A stretch of DNA of 51,018 nucleotides from Proteromonas lacertae (Eukaryota): NCBI GenBank assembly GCA_002245135.1, contig NGBS01000590.1:186001-237018 (forward strand). Reading direction: 5' to 3'. Under the pieces are notes generated by a model. The model saw only the letters and a program-made list of their open reading frames with translations. It was not told the origin of the DNA and did no database searches. Position 1 is the first letter of the stretch, and every line of letters begins with the position of its first letter. Of this stretch, positions 15,801 through 27,900 are shown one piece after another. A program made the translations under genes and the position numbers.

Positions 15801-17582
15801 AGATGTTGAAAAGTGTTTCAATAGAATTAAAAGCCATATAGAAGCCTATACTAAAGATCGTAGTAGTATATATATATATATATAATTTATTAAATAATAG
15901 CTACTAATTCTTTATGTAAAGTGTTTGGAAATGTAAGTCCATATTTTAGTGATGATGGACATACAATAAAAATAGGATGTGATATTTATCAATATCCAGA
16001 AAGAAAAGTATATATTCGAGAAGTATATGTGAAGATATGCAATGAATTGACTAACTATATTTTCGATTATAGAAACAACAATGAAGATAGAAAATTCGAT
16101 TATACTCATCCATTGCGTATTTTATTAAGAGGTAATCCAGGTTGTGGAAAGACTTCCTTTATTATATATTTATTGAAAACAATTATAGATTTAAATTCAA
16201 GTAATGCAGAAAGAATCTCAGTATTAATATTTAAATCCAAAGGCAAAGAAAATCATGAACGATACTCATTGAATGAAAATGGAAAAGTTGTAGATGATAA
16301 AGGTATTACTACTAAAGTTGATATAGCAATATGTGATTCATATGATATTAAACCTGGCGATTGTCAAGCTTCGATAATATTATATGTAACTTCACCAGTT
16401 GACAAAAACTATGAAAGCTTTATTAATAATGTTATAACTAGTAATAAAATTTGTTATTATATGGATGTGTTTAGTGATGATGAAATTGAGGAATGGGAAA
16501 GTCCATGTTTACCAACTGAGTTGCAACAATCAATTACAAATAATAAGTTAAACAAAAAATATGGTAAAGTTCCAAGGCATATATACTATGCAGCAATGTA
16601 TAAAGAATGTTATGGTAAAGATTATTGGAAGGAATTATATACAAAAGGTATTAAAAGAATAGTTGGTGATCTTGGCTATTTAGACTTTATAAATACATAT
16701 CTATTCCCTTTTAACTCAGATAATAATAAAGGAAATGAAATAGGAAAAATAAAGAAAATATCTACAAGAGAAACACTCTTTGATAGTACCCTATGTCATT
16801 TTATGGTTAAATACTCTATTCCTTATATTAATGAAAAGAAGAAAATCAAATGCTATGATAAAATTAATGAAGATCATATGGAATTTATATCAGATGAAGT
16901 ATATGATTTTATTTTTGAATGTATAAAACACAAAGCCAATAAAGATGATGTTATAAAAATTGAAAATCAATTCAAACAATTATATGGTGGTAATGTGAAT
17001 GAACTGTTTCTATTGTTATTTAGAGAATTAGTTTGGTACAACTGTTTATACAATCCCAATAAGTTAGTTACAACAATCAATAAAAAGCAAGTATCAATTG
17101 TAGAAGAATTTAAAAATGGTGAAATTGAGTTATTTATAAAATTATTTGAAGGAGACAAATATTGTATTAAAAATAACCAATACTGTTTAGTTCATTTAGC
17201 TACTCTTGATAATCGAGAAATGATTTATTTGATAAATAATTGTTTTGTTCATGTAATTAATGATCAACGAAAAGTATCAGATTGTGATGATGAAATTAAA
17301 GAATGTATATGTGGTTTGAAAGAAAAAATGAAATTTACTAAAATGTATTTTATTGTACTATCAAATGATCATTCATCTGAATCATCTCCAAAACCTAAAG
17401 TATTATCTTCATATTATAAAGGAGGTGTAAATAATAACAAAAATACAAGTGTTATTACATATTGTCAATGTAGAATTTCCAACACAGTCTTTGAAAATAA
17501 TTTCTGTATAACTTATAAAGAGGATAGAAAAATAGAATACGAGAAAAAAGAAGAAGAAGAAGAAAAGGTTAAACAACCATGA
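12834..17582 (+). CDS. Crinkler/RHS-like protein with two P-loop NTPase + restriction-endonuclease-fold modules
   Basis: ORFs 13001, 14581, 15376 and 15921 join in frame via introns 14195-14220, 14389-14418, 15112-15144, 15866-15900; Walker A GNQDVGKI and GNPGCGKT; ISSP/VTSP, YIPAFTKEEL/YMDVFSDDEI, YGKVPR; REase-like NFPAIDS...QMTISEDHP; 5' end (12834-13000) uncertain. Confidence 0.75.
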
Positions 17583-17764
17583 ATTAGCAACAGAAAATTA
17601 AATAGTCATTTTAATATATTTTACATTTATATTTGTTCTGTTAATAATACTGATCACTCGATAAAACCATCATTTCATTTCTATTTTGAAAATAATTGAA
17701 TTTGGTTATTCAAAATTTTGATAGAAATCAAATTTCGTTATTTTTGTTATATATTTACATAAAG

Positions 17765-19890
17765 ATGATAATAAAAGTGAATAAAAGCATAAAAGAATAT
17801 GGGTATATTTTATATTTATTTTTATGATAGATTATGTCGAAAATTGGTCGAAAGTGGTTTTGGTGATATAGAAGTGAAGATTGGAGATAATCGAATAATG
17901 TCAATCAAGTCAATTTTAGTGAATGGAAATGAGACTGTAAAGAAACTGTTGTTAGATGGTGAGTTTGTAGGAGTTTTGGAGTTATATGAAGAAATCGAAG
18001 AAATTGGATATTATAAGATGGAGAAATACTACAGTGGTGGTGAACTGATAATCAGTAAAGAGAGTGTGTGTGAAGTGTTGATGTTTTGTTTATGTTATTG
18101 TGAAAAAGAGATAATAAATGATTGTTATGAATTTGTGAAGAATAATATAGATGATGAAGTATTAATGAAATTAATTCATATATGTAATGTATTTGGTGGA
18201 TGTTTGAGAGAGATAGAAGACTTGAAAAATATGGAAATAGAAAAGCGAGGATATAAATATTTATATAAGAATGAATATTTGTTGAGATTAGAAATGAATA
18301 ATTTGAGTCGAGATATTAAATATGAGAGATGTGATAATAGTGAATGAGTTATGGTTATTAAATCGTTTATTAGAATGGTATAAATTCCAAAAGAATAAAT
18401 ATGATAATAAAGAGATACAAGATGATTTTAAACAATTGATAGAAGAAGATATCGATTGTGAAAAGATAAAAGAGAAAGAGATAGAAAAAGAGAATAAAGA
18501 AATGTTGAAAGAAATGAAAATAGAATTAAAGAAAAATGAATGTAAAAATCACATAGAATTATATTTAATAAAAGATGAGAGAATTCAAAATGTAATAATC
18601 AACAATTACAATGAAGATAATAAAGAAGAAGACTTTAATGAAGAAGAAAGAGGGATATTGGATAAGATGAAAGAAGAAGAATTGAATGATGAAATAATGT
18701 GTATATTAGAAATGAATAATATAAAAATGATGGAAATAGTATTGATGATAATGAAATATAAAAATATGAAAATGGAAAGTATAAATACTAAAAATATATT
18801 TAAATAGAATATATCTCAAATATAGAAAAGAGAAATATATTGGATAGATTATGTATGGAATATAATGAGAATAAAAGAAATCGAACAATGAAATGTTTAT
18901 GCTTTATTTGTTGATGATAAAAAGAATATTTCAATAATAGAAGAAGTATGTGGAAAAGAGATTCTTTTTAGAATATTGAATGAAGATAATTATTTAAATT
19001 CCAAATCGAAAGAATTATTAATAGAATATATAAAAGAGAATAAATTGAGTTTCGAAGAAGAAGAAGAAATGATAAAAATAATGAAAGACAAAGAATTATT
19101 GAAAGAATTAAAAACAAAAGAAATCACATCATTTTCATATTCTCAATCAGAATATTCATTTGGATTAAATGAAGAAATATCAATAATTCCATCATTTGAT
19201 GGAAATCGATGTGAATTTTCAATCAATCCTTCATTGCCAGATGGTTTAATGATTAATAAAGAAAATGGAATAATTCATGGAAAAGTGAATAAAGAAATCG
19301 AAAAGAGAAAATATGAAATAAGTTGTAAAATATTGTAAATGAAAAGAAATTCAAAATATCATTAGAGTTTTGAAGGAGGAAGATTTACAGAATTAAACAA
19401 AAGTGATGGAATATCAATATCAAATAAAAGAAAAACAATAACAAATACAATTCGTGGTTTTAATCATTGTTATTTAAATTTAAAAATGGAAGATGGAGTT
19501 TATCATATCAAATATAAATTTCATCAAAATGGAAGTTATAATGATGGTATAATGTTAGGATTATCAACTGATAATACATATTCTGGCAATTAATATTTAT
19601 TATCAATCAACAACATGTAATTATTATGCATGTAATGGTAAAAGTCAAGATATTTTTCAAAATGTCATATTGGAACAATTGTTAATTCAAATCCAAATTT
19701 CAATAATCATCGAGATGGTTCAATTTATGAAGTGATTGTTGATATGAATAAAAGAGAATTTTGGATAAGTCATAATAATTCATTTCCTGTTTTACTTGTT
19801 AAAGATTTACCTTCTCCATTATATACATATGCTGAGTTATATGGTCAAAACACATCAATAGAATTATTATCAGTTTCTTATCAAGATTAA
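17765..19890 (+). CDS. BTB/BACK-like + Ig + SPRY-like protein, copy B (several frameshifts)
   Basis: Near-identical to 3979-6102; ATG 17765 splices in frame (MIIKVNKSIKEYG|LCRKLVESG); indels near 18310, 19330-19370 and 19590-19670; stop at 19888-19890. Confidence 0.7.
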
Positions 19891-20065
19891 ATAGCTTCAT
19901 TTCTAATATTTCGTATTTCTTTTTGATATAATGTTTAAAGAATAATAACGAATAAATATGAGGATTATATTATAATATAAAACATCCTAAATGATTGTGG
20001 TTGTATTATGTGTTTTTTGGTAAAAACTATTCGTTACAAATAAATCTTCTTTTGAATTTCGTATA

Positions 20066-20393
20066 ATGCAAGCTTTCGTATTTTTGGTTTCCTATTTCGT
20101 TGGGTACATTTCAGCTGGTATACTACACACATATATTTTTAGATAGTTTAGAAGGTAATTCAACTGATTTTGCTTTACAGGCCATATATGGATGCTTATT
20201 AAGTGTAGCCGTAATTGCTGTAGTTGTTGGAATCATTTGCTATATTAAGAAGAAGCAACAAAAGCAAATTGAAAATTTAGAGAAAGGTTCTGCAATTCAG
20301 AATAGTATGTTGAAATCAGAAAATATGGATCTTGGAACACCGAATTGTGGTGATTATTTAGATACACCATTAGTGGATGCAGAACAAGTGTAA
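20066..20393 (+). CDS. Small type I membrane protein (signal peptide + one TM helix)
   Basis: MQAFVFLVSYFVGYISA, short intron, then TM AIYGCLLSVAVIAVVVGIICY followed by KKKQQK. Confidence 0.65.
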
Positions 20394-20533
20394 TTAGAAT
20401 ATTAGAAATTAATTATATGTTCATATAGATTATTTAATAAGTTTATTGATGATATATATTTAAAACATATATCTATTTGCAATAGTTGAAACAAAATTTC
20501 ACTTTTAATATTTGAAACTCCTATAATTTTTAA

Positions 20534-23066
20534 ATGGGTTTGATTATTCAAACTTATTGAGAGTATTAAAATGGCTATTCACATTGATGGTAAGTGAATT
20601 TATGATTTTATTTAATAGGATTTGAAGCTGTGTCATATGTGCTGCATGTAGCAGGGTTTGAAATGTATGCAAAATACTTTGAAGTAGAACAATGCTCCTT
20701 TGACAATATTCCAGATTTAGCAGATGATTATTACACTTATTTGGTATTAATATTGTGATTTAATTTGTATTATAGCAAGTTGCTGACCATGATTTAGTTG
20801 TTGTGAAGTATATTCTGAATGAAGCATATAGTATTGTATTTTTATCTAACAATAATAGAATTATTTAAATCATACAAGTTAGATGATGATAATATAGATG
20901 ATCTACTCAATAAGACAGCTGCACTCTATCCATTTTACAAAAAACCAACAGTTTGTGCAACAGTTACATCTGTTGGTAATATAACAAATGTAAATCCAGG
21001 AAGTGATAGTAATTTAGAAGATGATGAAGATGACTTAAAAGTTGATTCTCCTATAGAAGGTAAACCATCAGCAGATGAGCAAAGAAATAATAATAATAAT
21101 AATAATTCAGATGAAGAGAATGATAGTGATGATGATAATAATGAACAAACGAAAGTTGTTATAAATAGCGAAAGTGATAGTGAAAAAGAAGAAGAAGAAG
21201 ATACTGTAGATGATAATGAAGAAGAAAAAGAAAAAAAGATATTATCACTCAGGCCAATTGATATAATGAGAAATAATGATATTAATAAGGAATCAGAAAA
21301 TGATAATAATAATAATAATATAAATGATGAGGATGATGAATATACATTAGCAGAATTAGATTCAGATAGTGAAAAGAACAATCTAGATAGTATTATATCA
21401 AAACAGAAAGAAATTAGTAATAATAATAATAAACCTTTCAAAATATCAACTGATTTTTTTAATGTTAATAATAGAAATATTAATGATTCAAGTTCATCAG
21501 ATAGTGATGTAATTATTCCAAAGAATAATATTATAAAGAAACCAAGAAAATCTCAACCTAAAAGACTTACTATTAAACCAGAAACTTTTAAGTCAAACTC
21601 AATTCAAACTCCTCAGCAACAGATGATTGAAAGTGAAAGTGAAGATGATAATGAAATTATTATATCGCATAAGAGAAAAACTGAAAATTCACAACAATCT
21701 AAGAAAATATTAACAACTAAAAAAGAGTATATATATATTAATATGTATATAAATTGTAATAGAAATAAAGGAAAAGAAGAATCAACGAAAAGAAAAGCTA
21801 CAACAAAATCAGAAGACAAAAATACAAAGAGAATAAAGAAAGATACATCAACTTCAAAGGTATTGAAAGAATATTGCCATATATGTGGTGTTACTGATGC
21901 TGAAATGTTCAAATGTAAAAACTGCAAGACTACATTTTGTTATACCTGTGAGTTTAAACGAAAGATTCCCTGTTTATTAAGTCAACAGAAGAGATGTTGT
22001 GTTTGTACAAGAACTTGTGTTTGTGAAAGATGTCAGAATCATCCTCGATTTCCTGTTGCTGTTAATAGAAAATTGGAATTCCCACATAAACCACGACATG
22101 GGACTCGTATATATAATATATATTATTTATATGTTTAATATTATTAGAAATTGAATTTGAAGTTGGTGATCATGTCTTTGTATTATGGGATTTATTTTTG
22201 ATTTGTGAAGCATATATAGTCAGCAAAAACGATAATAATTATTATGAAGTTAAATATTGTGATACAACAGAAATAGAGGTGGTAAACAAAGAAATGATTT
22301 ATGAATATGTTGATTATATTAAAGGTGATGAAAATGATTGTAAGTGTATGTTATGTTTAGAATATGAAATTCGTGATGAAAGTGATGTAATTGTTTTTTG
22401 TGAAAAGTGTAATACGACAGTTCATAATGTATATATATATATTTATTATTATTATTTATTAGGGTTGTATTGGTGATTCAATTGATCTAAGTAAAGATTA
22501 TATTTGTCCAGGATGTAAATATTTTGAGGAGTATAATATACATCCTAAATGTGAATTGTGTGGTTCATCTTCTGATTTATTATTACCGATGAAAAATGAC
22601 CACAATAAGTTCATTCATGCTTATTGTGCTTATTTTGTGTGTGGTTATTGTGTTGAAAAAGATGAAGTTGTGTATAATGATCCAAAATTATATGATCAAT
22701 ACAAAATATTATCTTGCGAATTCTGTAAAAAGAAAGGTGGATGTATTCAATGTACTTATAAATCATGTGCAAATGCATTTCACATATCATGTGGTAGACA
22801 AAAAGGATGTGTTATTACAGCTGATGAAGAATCTGATCCTGTTGTATAATATATATATATATATATATTATTTTTTTATATAATTATAGCAAAAGAAGTA
22901 TTATTGTCATAGTCATTCAGTTATGGAAGCTAAAACTAATGGACAGAGAATGCTGAAAGCTTATAAATCAATTAAGATGGATGGAGATGGATATGATGAT
23001 AGATTAGTTGAGATGAAAATATGTAATGATATTTTTGATAAATTTATTACATGTGAAACTAAGTAA
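20534..23066 (+). CDS. Chromatin protein with Cys-rich zinc finger, Tudor-like domain, PHD and extended PHD (zf-HC5HC2H)
   Basis: CHICG...CKNC...CYTC...CCVC..TCVCERC; FEVGDHVFVLW; CMLC...CEKCNTTVH; CELC...IHAYCA...CEFC...GGCIQC...C..AFHISC; several short introns. Confidence 0.8.
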
Positions 23067-23316
23067 TTTATTATTATAATTTCTGATTTAAGAAGGGATA
23101 TAGGGTTAAAATGTTAAGTATATTCTTTTATTATTTGTTTTTTATTGAATCTTTGTTGTGTATATCATTATTTCATTCATTAAACCAATCAAAAACATAA
23201 ATATATATTAATAAAAGAATAATATTTGACAAAAATGTCTATTACAAAACAAAAAATGTGTTAATAATATCTGTTGTAATTCTTGTTGTTGTTATATATA
23301 AATACTAAATTATACA

Positions 23317-24100
23317 TTATGTGTTGAATCTCTGTTGTCTCTTATATTTCTTTGCTTTAATCTCATCATCTAATGTTGTTGCAGATACTCCAAATCTCTC
23401 CATTCGTTTTCTAATTAGCTAAGAAAATAATAATAACCTACCTTTTCATTTCTTCCACTTGTAATGGATCTGGTAAACCAAAACGCTTTGCTCGTTCAGT
23501 CAACTATATAATCAATGTAAAACTTTCCAAGTCAGATACCTTATCTTGTTTTTCATTGTCCGTTACTAATCCAAATCTCTTTGCTCTTTGCTCTATTTTG
23601 TCAGGATCGTTAGGATTGTCAATACCAAATCTCTTTGCTCTCTCCCGCTTTTTAGCCTCTGGATCAACAATACCAAAACGTTGTGCTCTTAAAGCTGCTT
23701 TTTCCTCTGCAGTAACAGCTGTTTTTATTTCTGGAATTACAGGAACTGCTGTAACTGCATCATTTTTCGATTTAACAACAGTTTCAGTAGCTTTAGGTTG
23801 ATCTACCTTTTTCTCTGTTGTAGCTGGTTTAGATGCAACTGGTTTAGATGAAGCAGCTTTCTTTGGAGCTGGTTTTGCTTTTGCCTTAGCAGTGGTTTTA
23901 GCGGGAGCTTGAGCATTTTCTATTGGCTTTGATTCCTCCTTTTCTTCGGTATTATCTTCTTCTTTTAGCATTTCTTCATCTAGAGCATTTTCAAGTCTTT
24001 CAATCAACTCAGCTTTCACTCCACTTGTTGATAAATTTCTTTTCTTTAATTCTTTTTTCAACTCATCAACTTTCATGTCATTTAATGAAGGCATAGACAT
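23317..24100 (-). CDS. SARNP: SAP domain-containing ribonucleoprotein (SARNP/CIP29/Tho1)
   Basis: N-terminal SAP LNDMKVDELKKELKKRNLSTSGVKAELIERL; repeated RAxRFG motifs; stop at 23317 after short introns. Confidence 0.9.
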
Positions 24101-24163
24101 TTTTAGAAAAAAACTTCAAAAATGTAATTTTCTCAAACAAAAAGCTTGTAGATTCTATTTTGA

Positions 24164-24566
24164 ATGTTTTTGTTTTTTGATAAACGTAGATTATTGATTC
24201 TCATCCTAGTATCTTCAAATGCTTTATTTTATATAGATTATATGTTTATTAACACCATTACTTGCTGAAAGAGACTTAGACAGTAATTTTATTTATTATA
24301 AGTATTTTTAAATAGAAATAAGAAAAATTAGTAAATGGAGAGATGAAAGAAAAAAAAAACCTTCATTGGATAAGCCACCATATGCATTGATGTGTATTTT
24401 CATCCCAGTTTATCTCTATATTATATATTACCTTCTACAAGACTTTTTTGATAAATTAAATGATATAGTGATGGGTTTTCTTTGGAAATTTATCTCATTG
24501 GTTGATAAATACTTCTGTTGTTGTTTTCATTCCAAGAAAAAGAATAAACATGCAAAACAAGATTAA
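24164..24566 (+). CDS. Small signal-peptide/membrane protein of unknown function
   Basis: ATG 24164 MFLFFDKRRLLILIL|IICLLTPLLA; two short introns join it to ORF 24366-24566, which has a hydrophobic segment. Confidence 0.55.
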
Positions 24567-24622
24567 GAATAAAATAATTTAATATATATTTTTGATTTTA
24601 ACTACTCTTTGGCTTAGCTAAT

Positions 24623-24811
24623 TCAACTAATAATGTCGCACCTGCTGCTGCTATAAAAACAAATCCCCAATACTTTTTTTGACATTTTGAAGGAATGTTT
24701 AAGAACTTTAGTTACCTTTGACTTGCTTTTATCATCATTTAGTGTGTTATTTATTTGTGCTGAAAACTTTGTATACAATACTTTAGGCTCTGAAGATGGT
24801 TTATTATCCAT
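24623..24811 (-). CDS. Possible small basic hypothetical protein (62 aa)
   Basis: ATG 24811 MDNKPSSEPKVLYTKF... in an otherwise unexplained gap; no recognisable motif. Confidence 0.3.
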   Translation of the reverse strand: MDNKPSSEPKVLYTKFSAQINNTLNDDKSKSKVTKVLKHSFKMSKKVLGICFYSSSRCDIIS

Positions 24812-24931
24812 TTTAGTACTTATATAACTATAAATGAATGAGAATAATATAAAACAAAATAATACAAAGAAATACAAAAATAATACACTAAAAAGACAGA
24901 AGAAATTTAAAAACTTAATCTTTGAATTAGA

Positions 24932-27900
24932 ATGAGTGATATACTTACAGAAAAAATTGATGTATTTTTTTGAATTATATAATTGATAGGATATACCAAA
25001 TGTAGAACAGTCGTTAATTGATTTTGATTTAAGTTCAATAACAGATTTACCTAATGCTTTGATGAAATTATTTAATTATCAAATAGCCTACAGTGATTTA
25101 GTAGATGATTACAAATCTTATACAAATACAAAAGAACTTGAAGTGAAAGAACTTAAATTGGCAATAGATAACCTTCAAAATGAATTGAACAATAATAAAA
25201 ACAAAGAATCGCCAACAGTAACATCTTCACAGAATATTGATGAAAAAGTTGATTTATATATTAACAATATAGAAAGTATACTATCTGACCCTAATGTTTC
25301 ATTTATTAATTTAACAAACGACATATTAAGCAAATCAGAAGCTGATTTCTTAGATGAAATTAAGAGTATAAAAGAGAACAATACTTATCAAGAATTGTAT
25401 GAAAAAGCTAAGAATGAAATAGAAGAATTAAATGAAGAATTACAATTCTCAAAATCTACAGTTGACACTCTAAGGATTACCAATAAAGAGTTAGAAATAT
25501 CCATAAATCAATTGAAGAAAGAAGATGAGAATAAAACACAAATAATAAAAGATAAAGACACAATAATTGAAACAATGAAAAATTCTATAGAAAAGAGTGT
25601 ATTAGAGAATGGAAGGATGATAGAAGAATATATTGAAACAATAAATAGTTATAAACAAAAAGAAGAAAAGGAAAAGGAAAAGAATAATCAACTTTCATTC
25701 AGATTAAATCAATATGAAAATGAGAATTTATTACTACAAAAAGAGTTAGAAAATAGTAAATTAGAATTAGAAAGATTAAAGAAGAGAACTCAACTATCTC
25801 CATTGTATTTAACACCATTATCTTCATCATCTACCAATTCACCACAACTATTTTTTAGCGATAGAAAAACTCCAGTAGAGAAATGTAATATAAATGTAAA
25901 AGAAGAAGAAGAAGATATAGATAAGAAACAAAGTCATGAAGATAATAATAATAATAATAACACTGCCACAATTGATTCACATATACAAAGTCTGACTGAA
26001 GATATTAGTAATACCGAAAATGAAACAAATTCTCTAATTGATGAATTAAGATCAAAACTGTTTGAAACATCTCCAGAATTATCAAAAGCTACCAATGAAT
26101 TATTTCAAAGATTAGCAATGAGTCCAATATCTAGTGTTCAATCACCTATTTATATATCATCTCCTCTATTAGCTCCATCTCAACCAATAGAATCATCGCA
26201 AATAATAATCAATCCTAAAACAACATCAAGAACAGCTACTTCACAACATGTCGATGAATTAATAGGAAAATATGAAAGTCAATGTGAAGAAATTGATAAT
26301 GAAAGTAATGAATTAAGTGATATTTTATTTGGTATATCAAAGAAAGATATGGAATTAGTAGTTGATCATTTAAAAGAATTAGACAAAGGAAATAAGAAAT
26401 CTAAAGAAAATGAAGATATAGAGAATATAATGAAAGATAATAAAGAAGTAAACTCAAGATTAAAGGCATTAGAAACTGAAAATGCTGAATTGAAAAGTAG
26501 ACTGAACGATTTAGATGAGAATAAGGTAATACTTAAAGATTTATTGAATGAATCATTAGTAGAAAAAGATGAATTAATGGAAAAATGTAAAGAAAGAGAT
26601 GAGTTTATGAAAAAGTGTAAAGAATATGAAAATATAGTAAAATCAAAAACACCGATCACTATAATTGAAATGAAATCCTTAATGGAAGAAGCAATAAAGA
26701 ATTATATTAACACTCAAGAAGAAATGGAAAGAAATAAAATAGAATACGAAGAAGAAAAGAAAGAATTATTGAATGAGTTAAATATTATGAAGAACAATGT
26801 AGAAGAATTAGAAAGTGAATTAGAGAATGAGAGATTGAAGAATGAGATCGAATTAAGTACAATAAGTAGTGAAATGGTGAATGGAATAAATGAGCGAAAT
26901 CTAATAAAGAAAGTGAATGTGAATGATTACAATGTTCATAGTAGTCAAAGTCCATCTAAGCTGAATCATCAAAGTAGTGAAATATTGAATATGACTGATG
27001 AAATTCCAAAGATGAGATTGATAAATGATAAATCTGAATGTTTATTAAATGATAATGATGATGATAATGAGTTGATTAGTTATGAAGTTGATATGTTAAG
27101 TGATTATAACGAATATATTGAAAAATGTAAAGATTATGAAGAATTGAAAGAGTTGAAAGATAAAATAGTGAAAGAATTGAATGAGAATAAGAAAGAGAAT
27201 GAAGAACTTAATCGAGTGAACTTCGAGCTTAAAGAGTTGAATGATAAAGTAGTGAAAGAATTGAATGAAAGTAAATGTTTGAATGAAGAAGTAGAAGCTG
27301 AAAAGAAAGAATTATTGAATGAGTTAAATATTATGAAGAACAATGTAGAAGAATTAGAAAGTGAATTAGAGAATGAGAGATTGAAGAATGAGATCGAATT
27401 AAGTACAATAAGTAGTGAAATGGTGAATGGAATAAATGAGCGAAATCTAATAAAGAAAGTGAATGTGAATGATTACAATGTTCATAGTAGTCAAAGTCCA
27501 TCTAAGCTGAATCATCAAAGTAGTGAAATATTGAATATGACTGATGAAATTCCAAAGATGAGATTGATAAATGATAAATCTGAATGTTTATTAAATGATA
27601 ATGATGATGATAATGAGTTGATTAGTTATGAAGTTGATATGTTAAGTGATTATAACGAATATATTGAAAAATGTAAAGATTATGAAGAATTGAAAGAGTT
27701 GAAAGATAAAATAGTGAAAGAATTGAATGAGAATAAGAAAGAGAATGAAGAACTTAATCGAGTGAACTTCGAGCTTAAAGAGTTGAAAGATAAAGTAGTG
27801 AAAGAATTGAATGAAAGTAAATGTTTGAATGAAGAAATAGAAGCTGAAAAGAAAGAATTATTGAATGAGTTAAATATTATGAAGAACAATGTAGAAGAAT

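Noticed and set aside
5700..19890. Diversity-generating retroelement acting on SPRY loops
   Set aside because: No reverse transcriptase or template repeat in the window, and differences are not limited to adenine positions
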